From assembly GCF_024502345.1 (NCBI RefSeq), contig NZ_JALDNN010000001.1: 64,000 nucleotides of DNA; one strand, 5' to 3'. A program made the translations under genes and the position numbers. The notes beneath the pieces are model-generated. The model was not told the DNA's origin, did not search any database, and was given only the letters and a program-made list of their open reading frames with translations. Of the stretch, positions 17,177 through 32,592 are shown one piece after another. Every line of letters starts with the position of its first letter. The stretch's first letter is position 1. This DNA comes from Escherichia coli. Its GTDB lineage: Bacteria; Pseudomonadota; Gammaproteobacteria; Enterobacterales; Enterobacteriaceae.

Positions 17177-18493
17177 TCAAATCACCATATTCAGCAGCAG
17201 ACAGCCTACCAGACCGCACACCGAGATAATGGTTTCCAGCATCGACCAGGATTTGATGGTCTCGCCGATAGTCAGGTTAAAGTACTCTTTGAACAGCCAG
17301 AAGCCTGGATCGTTCACATGAGAGAAAATCACACTACCGGAACCAACCGCAATAACCATTAGCTCCGGGCTAACACCCGTCGTTGCAATCAGCGGTGCCG
17401 CGATACCACCCGCAGTGATTGCCGCAACGGTTGCGGAACCCAGCGCGATACGCAGTACGGCAGCAATCGACCAGGCCATCAGCAGCGGAGAAATGTTGGT
17501 TTCGTGCATCATGGAAGCAATGTATTTGTCCACGCCGCTGTCTACCAGCACCTGCTTGAACGCACCGCCACCACCGATGATCAACAGCATCATCGCAATG
17601 ATTTTGATGGAAGAAACCAGCGTGTCGTTAATCTGATCCATTGAACGACCACGGTTTAGACCAAAGGTGAACATCGCAATCAGCACGGCAATCAGCGTAG
17701 CCATTACCGGGTCACCGAGGAACTCCGCTACCGGCAGGAAAGCGTGACCTTTCGGCAGGATCATTTCGGCAATCGCACGCATCGCCATCAGTACTACCGG
17801 CACCAGAGAGGTCCAGACGCTGACGCCAAAGCTCGGCATCTCTTCTTCGCTGAAGGTTTTCGCGCTGTAGAGACCTTCCGGAATTGGCTTATCGATACCT
17901 TTCAACACGCGAGCGTAAACCGGACCGGCGAGAATCACGGTCGGGATTGCCAGAATAGTACCGTACAGCAGGGTTTTACCCATGTCGGCATTGAAAATGG
18001 TGGCAATCGCAGTCGGACCCGGATGCGGTGGCAGGAAGCCGTGGGTCACAGACAGTGCAGCTGCCATTGGTACACCAACATACAGCAGTGGAATATTCGC
18101 AGAAGCCGCGATGGTAAACACCAGCGGCAGCATCAGCACAAAGCCCACTTCATAGAACAGGGCAAAACCAACGGTAAAACCGGTCAGTACCACCGCCCAC
18201 TGGATGTGTTTTTTACCAAATTTGGCAATCAGCGTGGTGGCGATACGTTGTGCGCCACCGCAGTCTGCCAGCATTTTGCCCAGCATTGCGCCAAAACCCA
18301 TGATCAGGGCAAGGCTACCGAGCGTCCCGCCGACACCGGCTTTGATGGAGCCAATAACTTTATCCAGCGGCATTCCTTGCATTAATCCAACAGCAAGCGC
18401 CACGAGGACGAGAGCGATGAAGCCGTTCATTTTGAAGCGGATCATCAGGAGTAATAACAAGATTACACCGATAGCAACAATGACTAATGGCAT
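17177..18493 (-). CDS. gntT: high-affinity gluconate:H+ symporter (GntP family)
   Basis: 438 aa; polytopic membrane protein. Confidence 0.92.
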   Translation of the reverse strand: MPLVIVAIGVILLLLLMIRFKMNGFIALVLVALAVGLMQGMPLDKVIGSIKAGVGGTLGSLALIMGFGAMLGKMLADCGGAQRIATTLIAKFGKKHIQWAVVLTGFTVGFALFYEVGFVLMLPLVFTIAASANIPLLYVGVPMAAALSVTHGFLPPHPGPTAIATIFNADMGKTLLYGTILAIPTVILAGPVYARVLKGIDKPIPEGLYSAKTFSEEEMPSFGVSVWTSLVPVVLMAMRAIAEMILPKGHAFLPVAEFLGDPVMATLIAVLIAMFTFGLNRGRSMDQINDTLVSSIKIIAMMLLIIGGGGAFKQVLVDSGVDKYIASMMHETNISPLLMAWSIAAVLRIALGSATVAAITAGGIAAPLIATTGVSPELMVIAVGSGSVIFSHVNDPGFWLFKEYFNLTIGETIKSWSMLETIISVCGLVGCLLLNMVI

Positions 18494-18650
18494 GATTTAC
18501 CTGGCCTTTCATTTGTTATGGGTAACGTCAATTTTCTGACGACAAGCTCTAATTATCCCAATCGGGAACAGAGATATTGCGGCACCACGACTGATACCCA
18601 CTAAAACTAATTATTGTAGTCAGATGTCAGGAGTATGTTTGGTACCCATG

Positions 18651-18669
18651 TGAATGATACGGGTAACAT
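18651..18669. promoter_or_regulatory. GntR operator-like palindrome (TGAATGATACGGGTAACAT) upstream of gntT
   Basis: matches the ATGTTACCCGTATCATTCA-type GntR site as I recall it; not verified. Confidence 0.4.
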
Positions 18670-18797
18670 CTGGCGTTTGAGAATCACCAGAGCGGGGTAA
18701 ATTTAAATTATGAGAGGTTGGTCATATTATCGCGGGGAAACGAAGGGAGGGATTTGCCAAAGCAATGCTGCGCCAACGTCTGGCACATGTTCAACGT

Positions 18798-18853
<56 letters not shown>

Positions 18854-19429
18854 TTAGTAGTAGGAGTGTTCGCCGCGCTGGTGTTCGGTGAGATCGCGCA
18901 CACCTTTCAGCTCCGGGAATTCGTTTAGCAGCTGCTTCTCGATCCCTTCTTTCAGCGTCACATCGACCATGGAACAACCGTTACAGCCGCCGCCAAATTG
19001 CAGAATGGCGTAACCGTCTTCGGTGATTTCCATCAGTGAAACGCGACCACCGTGACCAGCAAGCTGTGGGTTGATCTGCGACTGCAGCATATACTCCACG
19101 CGCTCCATCAGTGGTGCATCGTCTGCCACTTTACGCATTTTGGCGTTAGGCGCTTTCAGTGTTAGCTGAGAACCCAACTGGTCGGTAACAAAATCGATCT
19201 CTGCATCTTCCAGGTAAGGAGCGCTTAACTCATCAACATACGCGGTCAGCAGGTCAAATTTCAGGGCAGTGTCGGTGGCTTCCACGGCATCCGGCGGACA
19301 ATAAGAAACACCACATTCAGCGTTAGGCGTGCCAGGGTTAATCACAAATACGCGGATTTGTGTCCCTTCTTCCTGGTTTGCCAGCAGTTTGGCAAAGTGC
19401 GCTTGTGCAGCATCGGAAATACGGATCAT
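18854..19429 (-). CDS. nfuA: Fe-S cluster carrier protein NfuA
   Basis: 191 aa; C-terminal Nfu domain with CxxC (GGGCNGC). Confidence 0.93.
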
Positions 19430-19487
19430 AGTAATGGCCTAATAGTTGACTATTTTAGTTGGTTATAATACGCCCATCATCGAGGCT

Positions 19488-20979
<1,492 letters not shown>

Positions 20980-21005
20980 GCACTTTTGAATGGCGAGACA
21001 GAACT

Positions 21006-21884
21006 TTACTGACTCGCCGCAGCCAACTCTTCTTCTGACAGCCCGGTAAATCGCAGAACGTCCTCAAGAGGGACTCCGGCATCCAGCATGGTTTTGGCAA
21101 TAGCACGTATACCTTTCTGAAACCCCTCCTGCCGCAATCTTTCCGCAATAGTCATTAAACTCTCCTTGTGTTTCGGTGAACGTTCGGCAACGCCGTCGAT
21201 AAAATCGTTAAAACGTACCGCATCGCCGGTTTGCAAGATGTAATTAAACAGCCCTTTGATTTGTCTGTCATTAGCGTATCCACTACTTAATAAGCAGGCC
21301 ATTTGCTCTACCAGCCCCATCAGGTCGCGTTGACGAATATGTTTTTGAATTAACTCCAGCAGCGCCATACGTCGGTGCTGCATGATTTCATCATCAGGCA
21401 TGACGGTGACATCAATCAGCGGAAATGCGGAGGCATAAAGCTGCCTTGCCAGTTTGGGATTGGCGAAACAATCCAGCCAACACAGCGAATAGGGATAGGG
21501 GCTTTCAATACCGTGGTAAAACAACAATGGCACCACCATCGGCAACGTTTTGTATCCAGCATCAAGGTGATTTTGCATTGCGGCAATAGCGTAACGCATC
21601 ATGCGAAATGCGATCAGTTTGTTTGAAGTGCTTTGATGTTCAATCAGACAATAGATGTATCCTGGTCCTTGTTCTGTTTTCACCGACCACAGCACATCGG
21701 AATAGCTTTCACGCAGATCGTCATCAATAAAGCTGTTCGACTCCAGCTTGAGGGTTTTCATATCACAGAGCGCGTGAATGGGTGCCGGTAAATGAAACGC
21801 AAGAAAATCGCGTGCCGTCTCCGGTTGGCGTAAAAATAGTTTGAACAGCGCATCGTGTGGGGTGGAACTCTGCTTTTTGCTCAT
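21006..21884 (-). CDS. rpnA: recombination-promoting nuclease RpnA (transposase_31 / PD-(D/E)XK family)
   Basis: 292 aa; recognised as YhgA by sequence and position. Confidence 0.85.
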   Translation of the reverse strand: MSKKQSSTPHDALFKLFLRQPETARDFLAFHLPAPIHALCDMKTLKLESNSFIDDDLRESYSDVLWSVKTEQGPGYIYCLIEHQSTSNKLIAFRMMRYAIAAMQNHLDAGYKTLPMVVPLLFYHGIESPYPYSLCWLDCFANPKLARQLYASAFPLIDVTVMPDDEIMQHRRMALLELIQKHIRQRDLMGLVEQMACLLSSGYANDRQIKGLFNYILQTGDAVRFNDFIDGVAERSPKHKESLMTIAERLRQEGFQKGIRAIAKTMLDAGVPLEDVLRFTGLSEEELAAASQ

Positions 21885-22030
21885 GGCGTTCCTTCACCTG
21901 TTGTTTGAATGCCGCGACTCTACGCGCCACTCCACACCTGTGCATTAGCCAGTTTTCATCCCTGCAAGACGCTTTCAGAGGAACTTACGTCGCGCTGCAA
22001 GAATTGCATTTTTATGGAAAGCCGCACGCA

Positions 22031-22064
22031 AAAAAGCCCGGATGCAAACGCATACCGGGCTTTT
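22031..22064 (-). terminator. rho-independent terminator downstream of feoC (hairpin AGCCCGG...CCGGGCT followed by T-run on the minus strand)
   Basis: stem-loop plus TTTTTTG on the minus strand just after the feoC stop. Confidence 0.55.
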
Positions 22065-22086
22065 CAAAACAGGCGATGGAGTATGG

Positions 22087-22323
22087 TTAACGCAGCGCCC
22101 ACCACTCGCGCAGACAGGCTTTTCCTTCCGGGCAGCTTTTACAACTGCCGGAGAGGCAGCCGTCAGGTTCTTCCTGAATCCGCACGGCTTTGCCCATACT
22201 TTCCAGTTGTTGCAGCATGGCGTTAATCATTGGCTGTGGAGTGTTCAATGTCTTGCTTATCTGGGCCGCTTCCATACGGCCCCGTAACGCCAACAAATCA
22301 CGCACCTGAATAAGTGAAGCCAT
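22087..22323 (-). CDS. feoC: ferrous iron transport protein C (Fe-S dependent transcriptional regulator-like)
   Basis: 78 aa from [13 protein letters not shown]; start ATG overlaps the feoB stop. Confidence 0.88.
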   Translation of the reverse strand: MASLIQVRDLLALRGRMEAAQISKTLNTPQPMINAMLQQLESMGKAVRIQEEPDGCLSGSCKSCPEGKACLREWWALR

Positions 22324-24644
22324 TAATGGCAATCACCGGTGGTGCTGGCTGCGCAGCAACTACTTACCGACTTGCGGGTTGCCAGCAGTTCGATATCCAC
22401 CCGGCTACGCGCGCGGCGCAGCAGACCGATAACCACGATGTTAAACAGGATAACCGCCAGAATGCACACCAGGCTGTAAGTTGGGTGCTGACTGTAGCTG
22501 GCGACCTGATAGAACAATGTTGCCAGTGAGTAAGCGATATTCAGCCCCCACAGGATGGAGAAGCCCATCCAGCCACGGCTTGATTCACGGGCGATGGCTC
22601 CCATCACCGAGATGCACGGTACATACAGCAGGACGAAAATCAGGTAGCTGTATGCGGCAGCTGCGCTACCGAATTTCTGATCCATCACGCCCATCGCCCC
22701 GGTACCCATTTCGCCGTCGCCTTTGCTAGCTTCAATGGGGTTCATCAGTACGCTAAGGCTGAAGGTGTCTTTCAGGCTCTGCCAGGTTTCATCTACCGCG
22801 CTGAACAACTCTTCACCGAGGTTAAATTCCGCCGGATTGAACTCTTCGTCCTGAATATTTTCTGCGGTGTAGAGGGTGTTGAGCGTACCCACCACCACTT
22901 CTTTCGCCATTGCACCCGTAAACAGGCCAACTGTTGCCTGCCAGTTATCTTCATGCACGCCAATCGGCTTGAAGACCGGGGTGATCACCCGGCTGACGGA
23001 AGCCAGCGCCGAGTCGTTGATGTTATCGACGATTTTCCCGCTCAACGAGAAGCTGTTGAAAGCGCTCAGGAAAATGCTGACGATGATAATCACTTTACCA
23101 GCACGCAGAACGAAGCCTTTCAGACGCTGCCAGGTCTGGATAATCAGGCTTTTAACGTGTGGTACATGGTAGACCGGCAGCTCCATGACAAACGGCGTCG
23201 CTTCACCGCGCATGATGGTGTACTTGAGCATCAGGCCAGTCAGCACCGCCATCACGATACCCAGCATATACAGCGAGAAGACCGCCAGCGCACCGTTCTG
23301 CCCGAAGAAGGCAGCCGCGAATACTGCGAAGATAGCCAGACGCGCGCCGCAGGACATAAACGGTGCCATCATGATGGTCATCAGACGTTCACGCGGTGCA
23401 TCAAGCGTACGTGCACCCATTACCGACGGTACGTTACAACCGAAACCGACGATCAGCGGCACAAAGGATTTCCCCGGCAAGCCCAGCGCCTGCATCAGGC
23501 GGTCCATCACAAACGCTGCACGCGCCATATAGCCGGAGTCCTCAAGGAAGGAGAGGAACAGGTACATCATGCCGATCTGCGGCACCAGTGGCAGCACGGT
23601 GTTAATACCGCCACCCAGGCCCTGGGCGAGGAAGATAGTCAGCCAGTCCGGGAAGTGGAGCGTGTAGCCAATCCATTGAATACCATGCACAAATAGCGCC
23701 ACGGAGCCGACGTCAAACAGCGGCTGTAACGCCCCGCCGATGTTGATAGCCAGCAGGAACATCAGGTACATCACAAAGAGGAAAATCGGCAGACCGAGGA
23801 AACGGTTGAGCACGATTTTATCTACCGCAGTGGTGAAACGGCTGGGTTCTGCCGTCAGGGTGTTGCTTACCACATCACAGATGGCCGCAATGCACTGGTA
23901 ACGCGCATCGGCAATGTGCAGCGCCGGATCGTCCATCTCATTACGCAGACGGGCGAGGGCGGCATCAAGATGCTGCGACGCTTCACCGGCGTAGGCGCGG
24001 CTGTAGATATCGCCTTCCAGCATTTGCAGGCCCAGCCAGCGACGTTGTTTCAGCGGGATGTCGGAAGGCATCACTTTTGCCAGTGAATCTGCTTCGTTGA
24101 GCAGCGGCTGTGCGTAATGCACCAGTTCCACATTCTCGTTAGCTTTATAGCGATCAATCGCCAGCTTGAGCGCTTCAATACCGCGACCACGGGTTGAAAC
24201 CAGCGGGATCACCGGACAGCCAAGACGCGCCGACAGAGCATCAATTTCAATACGAATATTTTGCTTCTCGGCAATGTCGAGCATGTTCAGTGCCACGATG
24301 CAGGGAATGCCGAGTTCCAGCAGTTGTAGCGTCAGGTACAGGTTACGCTCAAGGTTAGACGCATCCACCACGTTAATCAGCAGGTCGGCGTCGCCACTCA
24401 AAATGTAGTGACAGGCGATTTGCTCATCGAGCGAGGTCTGCGATGAGATGGTGGTCAGAGAATAGGTGCCGGGCAGGTCCACCAGCGTGACCTGATGATC
24501 GGTGGTGGAGAATTGCCCTTCTTTACGTTCGACGGTAACGCCAGCCCAGTTACCTACACGCTGACGTGCGCCAGTGAGCTGGTTAAATAAGGTTGTCTTG
24601 CCAGAATTTGGATTACCAATTAAGCCAATGGTTAATTTTTTCAT
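22323..24644 (-). CDS. feoB: ferrous iron transporter B (GTPase plus membrane permease)
   Basis: 773 aa from [18 protein letters not shown] (G1 motif). Confidence 0.95.
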   Translation of the reverse strand: MKKLTIGLIGNPNSGKTTLFNQLTGARQRVGNWAGVTVERKEGQFSTTDHQVTLVDLPGTYSLTTISSQTSLDEQIACHYILSGDADLLINVVDASNLERNLYLTLQLLELGIPCIVALNMLDIAEKQNIRIEIDALSARLGCPVIPLVSTRGRGIEALKLAIDRYKANENVELVHYAQPLLNEADSLAKVMPSDIPLKQRRWLGLQMLEGDIYSRAYAGEASQHLDAALARLRNEMDDPALHIADARYQCIAAICDVVSNTLTAEPSRFTTAVDKIVLNRFLGLPIFLFVMYLMFLLAINIGGALQPLFDVGSVALFVHGIQWIGYTLHFPDWLTIFLAQGLGGGINTVLPLVPQIGMMYLFLSFLEDSGYMARAAFVMDRLMQALGLPGKSFVPLIVGFGCNVPSVMGARTLDAPRERLMTIMMAPFMSCGARLAIFAVFAAAFFGQNGALAVFSLYMLGIVMAVLTGLMLKYTIMRGEATPFVMELPVYHVPHVKSLIIQTWQRLKGFVLRAGKVIIIVSIFLSAFNSFSLSGKIVDNINDSALASVSRVITPVFKPIGVHEDNWQATVGLFTGAMAKEVVVGTLNTLYTAENIQDEEFNPAEFNLGEELFSAVDETWQSLKDTFSLSVLMNPIEASKGDGEMGTGAMGVMDQKFGSAAAAYSYLIFVLLYVPCISVMGAIARESSRGWMGFSILWGLNIAYSLATLFYQVASYSQHPTYSLVCILAVILFNIVVIGLLRRARSRVDIELLATRKSVSSCCAASTTGDCH

Positions 24645-24660
24645 TGTTGTTATCACCGTA

Positions 24661-24888
24661 TTAACAGGAAACCGCTTCCACTTCTAATAAGGCCAGATCT
24701 TTTTTGCGTAATACCAGGCTCACACGACGGGTTTCGATATGAATGGGGTCGCCGAGTGGAGCGACGCGCACCACATTAAAAGAGGAGCCAGGTAACATGC
24801 CTAGAGAAAGCAGTTTTTGGCGATATGCCGGGCTGATTTCACGGGAAAAGCCAGTGATTTTCCACGCAGTATCTGGAGTGTATTGCAT
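24661..24888 (-). CDS. feoA: ferrous iron transport protein A
   Basis: 75 aa; immediately upstream of feoB. Confidence 0.9.
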   Translation of the reverse strand: MQYTPDTAWKITGFSREISPAYRQKLLSLGMLPGSSFNVVRVAPLGDPIHIETRRVSLVLRKKDLALLEVEAVSC

Positions 24889-24999
24889 AGGTGCCTACTT
24901 GTTTCTCATTAACTGGATAACTACCTCATGGGGCGTTTGACAGCGACATGAGACCAGATGATTTGCCAACGAAGGAGAGATTAAATAATCAACAGTACA

Positions 25000-25018
25000 A
25001 TGATAATGAGAATGGTTT
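25000..25018. promoter_or_regulatory. Fur-box-like sequence (TGATAATGAGAATGGTTTC) upstream of feoA
   Basis: about 13 of 19 matches to GATAATGATAATCATTATC by eye. Confidence 0.4.
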
Positions 25019-25077
25019 CTATCAGCAATACTTAAAATGTGTGCGAATGTTGGTTTGAATAATAATCTGACTCAATG

Positions 25078-25091
25078 TTGATGTGGCTCAA
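25078..25091. promoter_or_regulatory. FNR-like half-palindrome TTGAT-N4-CTCAA upstream of feoA
   Basis: 9 of 10 matches to TTGAT-N4-ATCAA. Confidence 0.35.
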
Positions 25092-25225
25092 GGTTATATC
25101 GCAGCGAAAATATAATTCGAATAGAGAATTACCAGGACTGGCTAATGTTTAATTAAGGTTTCAGTTGTTAATGAAGTGATAAATATTAACGAAATATATT
25201 GTGAGTTTGGCTGTGGAATAAATAT

Positions 25226-25297
25226 GCCGGAGATATTCTCCGGCACTTTTATGTCAGGCAAGGCGTTCGTTGCCAGATGCGGCGTGAACGCCTTATC
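25226..25297. repeat. hairpin (GCCGGAGATATTCTCCGGC) plus REP-like element (GCCAGATGCGGCGTGAACGCCTTATC) downstream of tex/yhgF
   Basis: inverted repeats read directly; the second resembles the enterobacterial REP consensus. Confidence 0.4.
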
Positions 25298-25325
25298 GCG
25301 CAGGTTTAGGGGCCAGTCCGGGCGT

Positions 25326-27647
25326 TTAACGTTTTTTGCCCATTGCTGCCGCCAGCGCGTCCATCATCGCGCTGTTACCGGCAGGCTGCGCTTCACGACC
25401 GCGTGGTTTGGCTGCCGGGCGGTTGTTTTGCGGGCGATCGTTACCGCCGCCGCGACGAGAGTTGGTTTCGCCAGGCTGCTCGTCCAGACGCATGGTCAGG
25501 GCGATACGTTTACGCTGAAGATCCACTTCCAGCACTTTCACCTTCACAATGTCGCCCGCTTTCACCACGGTATGCGGATCTTCTACAAACTTGTTCGACA
25601 ATGAAGAGATGTGAACCAGGCCGTCCTGATGCACGCCGATATCGACAAACGCGCCAAAGTTGGTGACGTTGGTCACCGCACCTTCGAGGATCATACCCGG
25701 TTGCAGGTCGTTCATTGTCTCGACGCCATCGGCAAACTGAGCGGTTTTAAATTCCGGACGCGGATCGCGACCCGGTTTTTCCAGCTCTTTGATGATGTCA
25801 GTTACTGTCGGCACACCGAATTTTTCATCAGTAAAGTCAGACGCTTTCAGGTTACGCAGTTCGCTGCTGTTACCCATCAGATCTTTCAGTGCCTGCTGTG
25901 TTGCTGCCAGAATGCGTTCCACCACCGGATAGGCTTCCGGGTGGACGGTAGACGCGTCCAGCGGGTTATCACCGTGGTTAATGCGCAGGAAGCCCGCGCA
26001 CTGCTCGAAGGCTTTCGGCCCCAGACGGCTGACTTTCAGCAGTTGCTGACGGTTCTTGAACTGGCCGTTCTCATCGCGCCAGGCCACGATGTTTTGCGCC
26101 ATCATGCGCGTCAGGCCCGCCACGCGGGTTAATAGCGGAACAGAAGCGGTGTTGAGATCGACGCCAACGGCGTTTACGCAGTCTTCTACTACTGCATCCA
26201 GTTTGCGGGCCAGTTGCGTCTGGCTGACGTCATGCTGATACTGACCTACGCCGATAGATTTCGGATCGATTTTCACCAGCTCCGCCAGCGGATCCTGCAA
26301 ACGGCGGGCGATAGATACCGCACCACGCAGCGAAACGTCGAGATCCGGGAACTCCTGCGCTGCCAGCTCGGAAGCTGAGTAAACCGACGCGCCAGCTTCG
26401 CTGACGATCACTTTCTGTGCGGTCACTTTCGGGAACTGCTTCTGCACGTCGAGATAGAAACGTTCAGTTTCGCGGGAAGCTGTACCGTTGCCGATCGCCA
26501 CCAGTTCAACGTTATGTTTTTCACACAAGGCAGCAACGGTCATCGCTGCTTTTGCGGCTTGTCCGGTGTGCGGGTAAATGGTATCGGTCGCCACCAGTTT
26601 GCCAGTGGCATCGACCACCGCCACTTTTACCCCGGTACGCAGACCCGGATCGAGGCCCATCGTTGCACGCAGTCCGGCAGGGGCCGCCATCAGCAGATCG
26701 TGCAGGTTACGGGCAAAGACGTTGATTGCTTCATCTTCCGCGCGTTCGCGCACGGTACCCATCAGTTCGGTTTCCAGATGCATCAGCACCTTGATGCGCC
26801 AGGTCCAGCTCACTACGCCTTTGCGCCAGCTATCCGCCGGGGCATTGTTCAGGCGCAGGCCAAGGTGATCCATGATGATTTGCTCGCAATAGCTCTCTTT
26901 GGGCGGCTCATCGAACTGCGGATCGGCATTCAGCGAAAGCTGGAGTACGCCTTCGTTACGCCCACGGAACATCGCCAGCGCGCGGTGAGAAGGCACCGTG
27001 GACAACGGTTCGTGATGATCGAAATAGTCGCGGAATTTCGCCCCTTCCTCTTCTTTACCGCTCACCACCGTAGAAACCAAATGCGCGTTCTTCCACAGAT
27101 AATCACGCACTTTCGCCAGCAGCGCGGCATCTTCGGCAAACCGTTCCATCAGGATATAGCGCGCGCCATCCAGCGCGGCTTTGGTATCTGCCACGCCTTT
27201 ATCGGCATCAACATATTGTGCAGCGGCGACTTCTGGCGTGTGTGACGGATCGCTCCACAGCAGGTCAGCCAACGGCTCAAGCCCTGCTTCAATGGCGATT
27301 TGCCCGCGGGTGCGGCGTTTAGGTTTGTAGGGCAGGTAGAGGTCTTCGAGTTCGGTTTTGCTTAGGGTGGCGTTGATGGCCTTCGCCAGATCATCGGTGA
27401 GTTTGCCTTGCTCGGAAATGGATTTGAGGATCGCCTGACGTCTCTCTTCCAGCTCGCGCAGATAGCTCAGACGCGTTTCCAGATTACGCAGCTGCGTGTC
27501 ATCCAGACCGCCGGTGATTTCCTTACGATAACGTGCGATAAACGGCACGGTATTCCCTTCGTCAAGCAGGCGAACGGCAGCGTCAACCTGTTCCGGGCGC
27601 GCCTGAATTTCACCCGCAATAATGCGGCAGAACGAATCATTCATCAT
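25326..27647 (-). CDS. yhgF: Tex-like transcription accessory protein (HhH and S1 RNA-binding domains)
   Basis: 773 aa; C-terminal S1 domain ([19 protein letters not shown]). Confidence 0.92.
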   Translation of the reverse strand: MMNDSFCRIIAGEIQARPEQVDAAVRLLDEGNTVPFIARYRKEITGGLDDTQLRNLETRLSYLRELEERRQAILKSISEQGKLTDDLAKAINATLSKTELEDLYLPYKPKRRTRGQIAIEAGLEPLADLLWSDPSHTPEVAAAQYVDADKGVADTKAALDGARYILMERFAEDAALLAKVRDYLWKNAHLVSTVVSGKEEEGAKFRDYFDHHEPLSTVPSHRALAMFRGRNEGVLQLSLNADPQFDEPPKESYCEQIIMDHLGLRLNNAPADSWRKGVVSWTWRIKVLMHLETELMGTVRERAEDEAINVFARNLHDLLMAAPAGLRATMGLDPGLRTGVKVAVVDATGKLVATDTIYPHTGQAAKAAMTVAALCEKHNVELVAIGNGTASRETERFYLDVQKQFPKVTAQKVIVSEAGASVYSASELAAQEFPDLDVSLRGAVSIARRLQDPLAELVKIDPKSIGVGQYQHDVSQTQLARKLDAVVEDCVNAVGVDLNTASVPLLTRVAGLTRMMAQNIVAWRDENGQFKNRQQLLKVSRLGPKAFEQCAGFLRINHGDNPLDASTVHPEAYPVVERILAATQQALKDLMGNSSELRNLKASDFTDEKFGVPTVTDIIKELEKPGRDPRPEFKTAQFADGVETMNDLQPGMILEGAVTNVTNFGAFVDIGVHQDGLVHISSLSNKFVEDPHTVVKAGDIVKVKVLEVDLQRKRIALTMRLDEQPGETNSRRGGGNDRPQNNRPAAKPRGREAQPAGNSAMMDALAAAMGKKR

Positions 27648-27743
27648 GGTTTGAGTTCATCTTTTCGGATCAAAAATCAGGGGATAGTTATACGGACTGG
27701 CTGGCAAAAATGCCAGCCATCGGCAGGAGGTTAAGACTCTTCC

Positions 27744-28220
27744 TTACGGTTTCACGTACTCGATAGCATTAACATACCAGCTCGCTTCCCCGGCAGGGGT
27801 ATTCACCACCGCCAGATCGCCGACTTCTTTTTTCAGCAATGCGCGGGCCATCGGGGAATCGATAGAGATGTAATCTTTACGGCCAAAAATTTCATCGTAG
27901 CCGACAATACGGAAACGGTGAGTCACGCCATCGTCGTTTTCAATCTCCACCCACGCGCCAAAAAAGACTTTGCCTTCCTGCTGAGGGGAGTAATCGACGA
28001 TTTTGAGATTTTCCAGGCATTTAGTGAGATAGCGCACGCGACGGTCGATTTCACGCAGACGCTTTTTATTATACTGATAGTCAGCATTTTCGCTGCGGTC
28101 GCCCAGACTTGCGGCCCAGGTCACCTTTTTTGTGACCTCCGGGCGTTCTTCACGCCAGAGATAATTAAGCTCTTGTTTGAGTTTTTCATACCCTTCCCGG
28201 GTAACCAGGGGCGTTTTCAT
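27744..28220 (-). CDS. greB: transcription elongation (transcript cleavage) factor GreB
   Basis: 158 aa from MKTPLVTREGYEKL; ORF track start is an upstream extension. Confidence 0.92.
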   Translation of the reverse strand: MKTPLVTREGYEKLKQELNYLWREERPEVTKKVTWAASLGDRSENADYQYNKKRLREIDRRVRYLTKCLENLKIVDYSPQQEGKVFFGAWVEIENDDGVTHRFRIVGYDEIFGRKDYISIDSPMARALLKKEVGDLAVVNTPAGEASWYVNAIEYVKP

Positions 28221-28447
28221 CTCGTTGATTCCCTTTGTCTGTTTGATAATGCGCACATTGGGTATAACGTGATCATATCAACAGAATCAATAATGTTTCG
28301 CCGAATAAATTGTATACTTAAGCTGCTGTTTAATATGCTTTGTAACAATTTAGGCTGAAATTCATACCAGATTTAGCTGGTGACGAACGTGAGCTTTTTT
28401 AAGAATACACGCTTACAAATTGTTGCGAACCTTTGGGAGTACAAACA

Positions 28448-30516
<2,069 letters not shown>

Positions 30517-30520
30517 ATAA

Positions 30521-30553
30521 ACGGGAGGCGAAGGTGCCTCCCGTTTTGCTTTC
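30521..30553 (+). terminator. rho-independent terminator after envZ (ACGGGAGG...CCTCCCGT followed by TTTGCTTTC)
   Basis: GC-rich stem-loop plus T-rich tail, in the gap between convergent envZ and pckA. Confidence 0.6.
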
Positions 30554-30591
30554 TATAAGATACTGGATAGATATTCTCCAGCTTCAAATCA

Positions 30592-32214
30592 TTACAGTTT
30601 CGGACCAGCCGCTACCAGCGCGGCACCCGCAGGGGTGTCGGTGTATTTATCGAAGTTGTCGATAAACAGTTTCGCCAGGGTTTCGGCTTTTTCCTGCCAC
30701 TGTTCCGGAGAAGCGTAGGTGTTACGCGGATCGAGAATCTTCGTGTCTACGCCCGGCAGTTCGGTTGGGATCGCCAGGTTAAACATCGGCAGAGTGAAGG
30801 TTTCTGCATTATCCAGCGAACCGTTGAGGATGGCGTCGATAATGGCGCGGGTATCTTTAATCGAGATACGTTTGCCAGTGCCGTTCCAGCCAGTGTTAAC
30901 CAGATAAGCCTGCGCGCCCGCCGCCTGCATACGTTTCACCAGCACTTCTGCGTACTGAGTCGGGTGCAGCGACAGGAACGCCGCGCCGAAGCAAGCGGAG
31001 AAGGTTGGCGTCGGTTCGGTGATGCCGCGCTCTGTACCGGCCAGTTTGGCGGTGAAGCCAGAGAGGAAGTGGTACTGGGTTTGATCGGCAGTCAGACGAG
31101 AAACCGGTGGCAGCACACCAAAGGCGTCTGCGGTCAGGAAGATAACTTTCGTTGCGTGGCCCGCTTTGGAAACCGGCTTAACGATGTTATCGATGTGATA
31201 GATCGGATAAGAAACGCGGGTGTTCTCGGTTTTTGAACCATCATCAAAGTCGATAGTGCCATCTTCACGCACGGTGACGTTTTCCAGCAGCGCATCGCGA
31301 CGGATAGCGTTGTAGATTTCAGGTTCCGCTTCTTTCGACAGCTTGATGGTTTTCGCGTAGCAGCCGCCTTCGAAGTTAAACACACCGTCATCGTCCCAGC
31401 CGTGCTCGTCATCACCAATCAGGCGACGTTTCGGGTCGGTGGAAAGGGTGGTTTTACCAGTGCCGGAAAGGCCGAAGAACACCGCAACATCGCCTTTCTC
31501 ACCAACGTTGGCGGAGCAGTGCATAGAAGCGATACCTTTCAGCGGCAGCAGGTAGTTCATCATCGAGAACATCCCTTTCTTCATTTCGCCGCCGTACCAG
31601 GTGCCGCCAATCAGCTGCATGCGCTCGGTCAGGTTAAAAGCCACGAAGTTTTCGGAATTCAGACCCTGTTCTTTCCACTGCGGGTTAGTGCACTTCGCGC
31701 CGTTCATAACGATAAAGTCAGGTTTGAAACCTGCCAGCTCTTCATCGCTCGGGCGAATAAACATGTTTTTGACAAAATGCGCCTGCCAGGCCACTTCGGT
31801 GATGAAACGGACGGAAAGACGAGTATCCGGGTTCGCACCACAGAAGGCGTCGACAACGAACAGACGTTTGCCGGAAAGCTGTTTGGTCACCAGGCCTTTC
31901 AGAAGTTGCCAGGTTTCCGGAGAGAGAGGTTTGTTATCGTTCTTACCTTTGCCTTTGTCTGCCCACCAGAAAGTATCGCGAGTGGTATCGTCACGGACGA
32001 TATACTTATCTTTTGGTGAACGACCGGTGAAGATCCCGGTATCGACGGCAACGGCACCCAGATTAGTTAACACCCCGCGCTCATAACCTGTCAGGCTCGG
32101 ATCGAGCTCTTCCTGATACAGCAGGTCGTAGCTTGGGTTGTAAACGATATCATGTACGTCACTGATACCATAAGCCTCGAGTTCTTGCGGGGTCAAACCA
32201 TTGTTAACGCGCAT
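30592..32214 (-). CDS. pckA: phosphoenolpyruvate carboxykinase (ATP)
   Basis: 540 aa from [16 protein letters not shown]; kinase P-loop GLSGTGKTT; ORF track start is a 23-codon upstream extension. Confidence 0.95.
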   Translation of the reverse strand: MRVNNGLTPQELEAYGISDVHDIVYNPSYDLLYQEELDPSLTGYERGVLTNLGAVAVDTGIFTGRSPKDKYIVRDDTTRDTFWWADKGKGKNDNKPLSPETWQLLKGLVTKQLSGKRLFVVDAFCGANPDTRLSVRFITEVAWQAHFVKNMFIRPSDEELAGFKPDFIVMNGAKCTNPQWKEQGLNSENFVAFNLTERMQLIGGTWYGGEMKKGMFSMMNYLLPLKGIASMHCSANVGEKGDVAVFFGLSGTGKTTLSTDPKRRLIGDDEHGWDDDGVFNFEGGCYAKTIKLSKEAEPEIYNAIRRDALLENVTVREDGTIDFDDGSKTENTRVSYPIYHIDNIVKPVSKAGHATKVIFLTADAFGVLPPVSRLTADQTQYHFLSGFTAKLAGTERGITEPTPTFSACFGAAFLSLHPTQYAEVLVKRMQAAGAQAYLVNTGWNGTGKRISIKDTRAIIDAILNGSLDNAETFTLPMFNLAIPTELPGVDTKILDPRNTYASPEQWQEKAETLAKLFIDNFDKYTDTPAGAALVAAGPKL

Positions 32215-32592
32215 TTCACTGCTCCTTAGCCAATATGTATTGCCTGAATAGTAAAGTCTTTTTGGGGGTGTTAACCGCGACAAGGCTCATAGATTTACGT
32301 ATCTGGAGAAATTCATATTTGACAAAAAACTCCGTGATTCCTGTCACGAAACGGTTGCTATTATCGCAGAAATAGCATTTTAGGTGTGGAAAATGTTCTC
32401 AAAAGGTTAAATCTTGGTTTATATGGCGGGAATATTGTGAGTGGAATCGCATTCCTGAATGAAATTGATGCAAATTCAACCGGTAAAGTATCGATTCACC
32501 ACGCTAACTTTTTTTGATTATTTTCTGAAAAAAGCAAAATACTACTGCCCGGATGCGATAATTAACCCACCTTTTGATTCTGGATAACCAAC

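Noticed and set aside
22953-23696. 247-aa plus-strand ORF inside feoB (antisense)
   Set aside because: Antisense to the feoB permease domain; composition typical of a shadow frame.
32214-32283. N-terminal extension of pckA given by the ORF track (563 aa instead of 540)
   Set aside because: The conserved PckA N-terminus begins at [16 protein letters not shown]; the extension is untranslated leader in frame.
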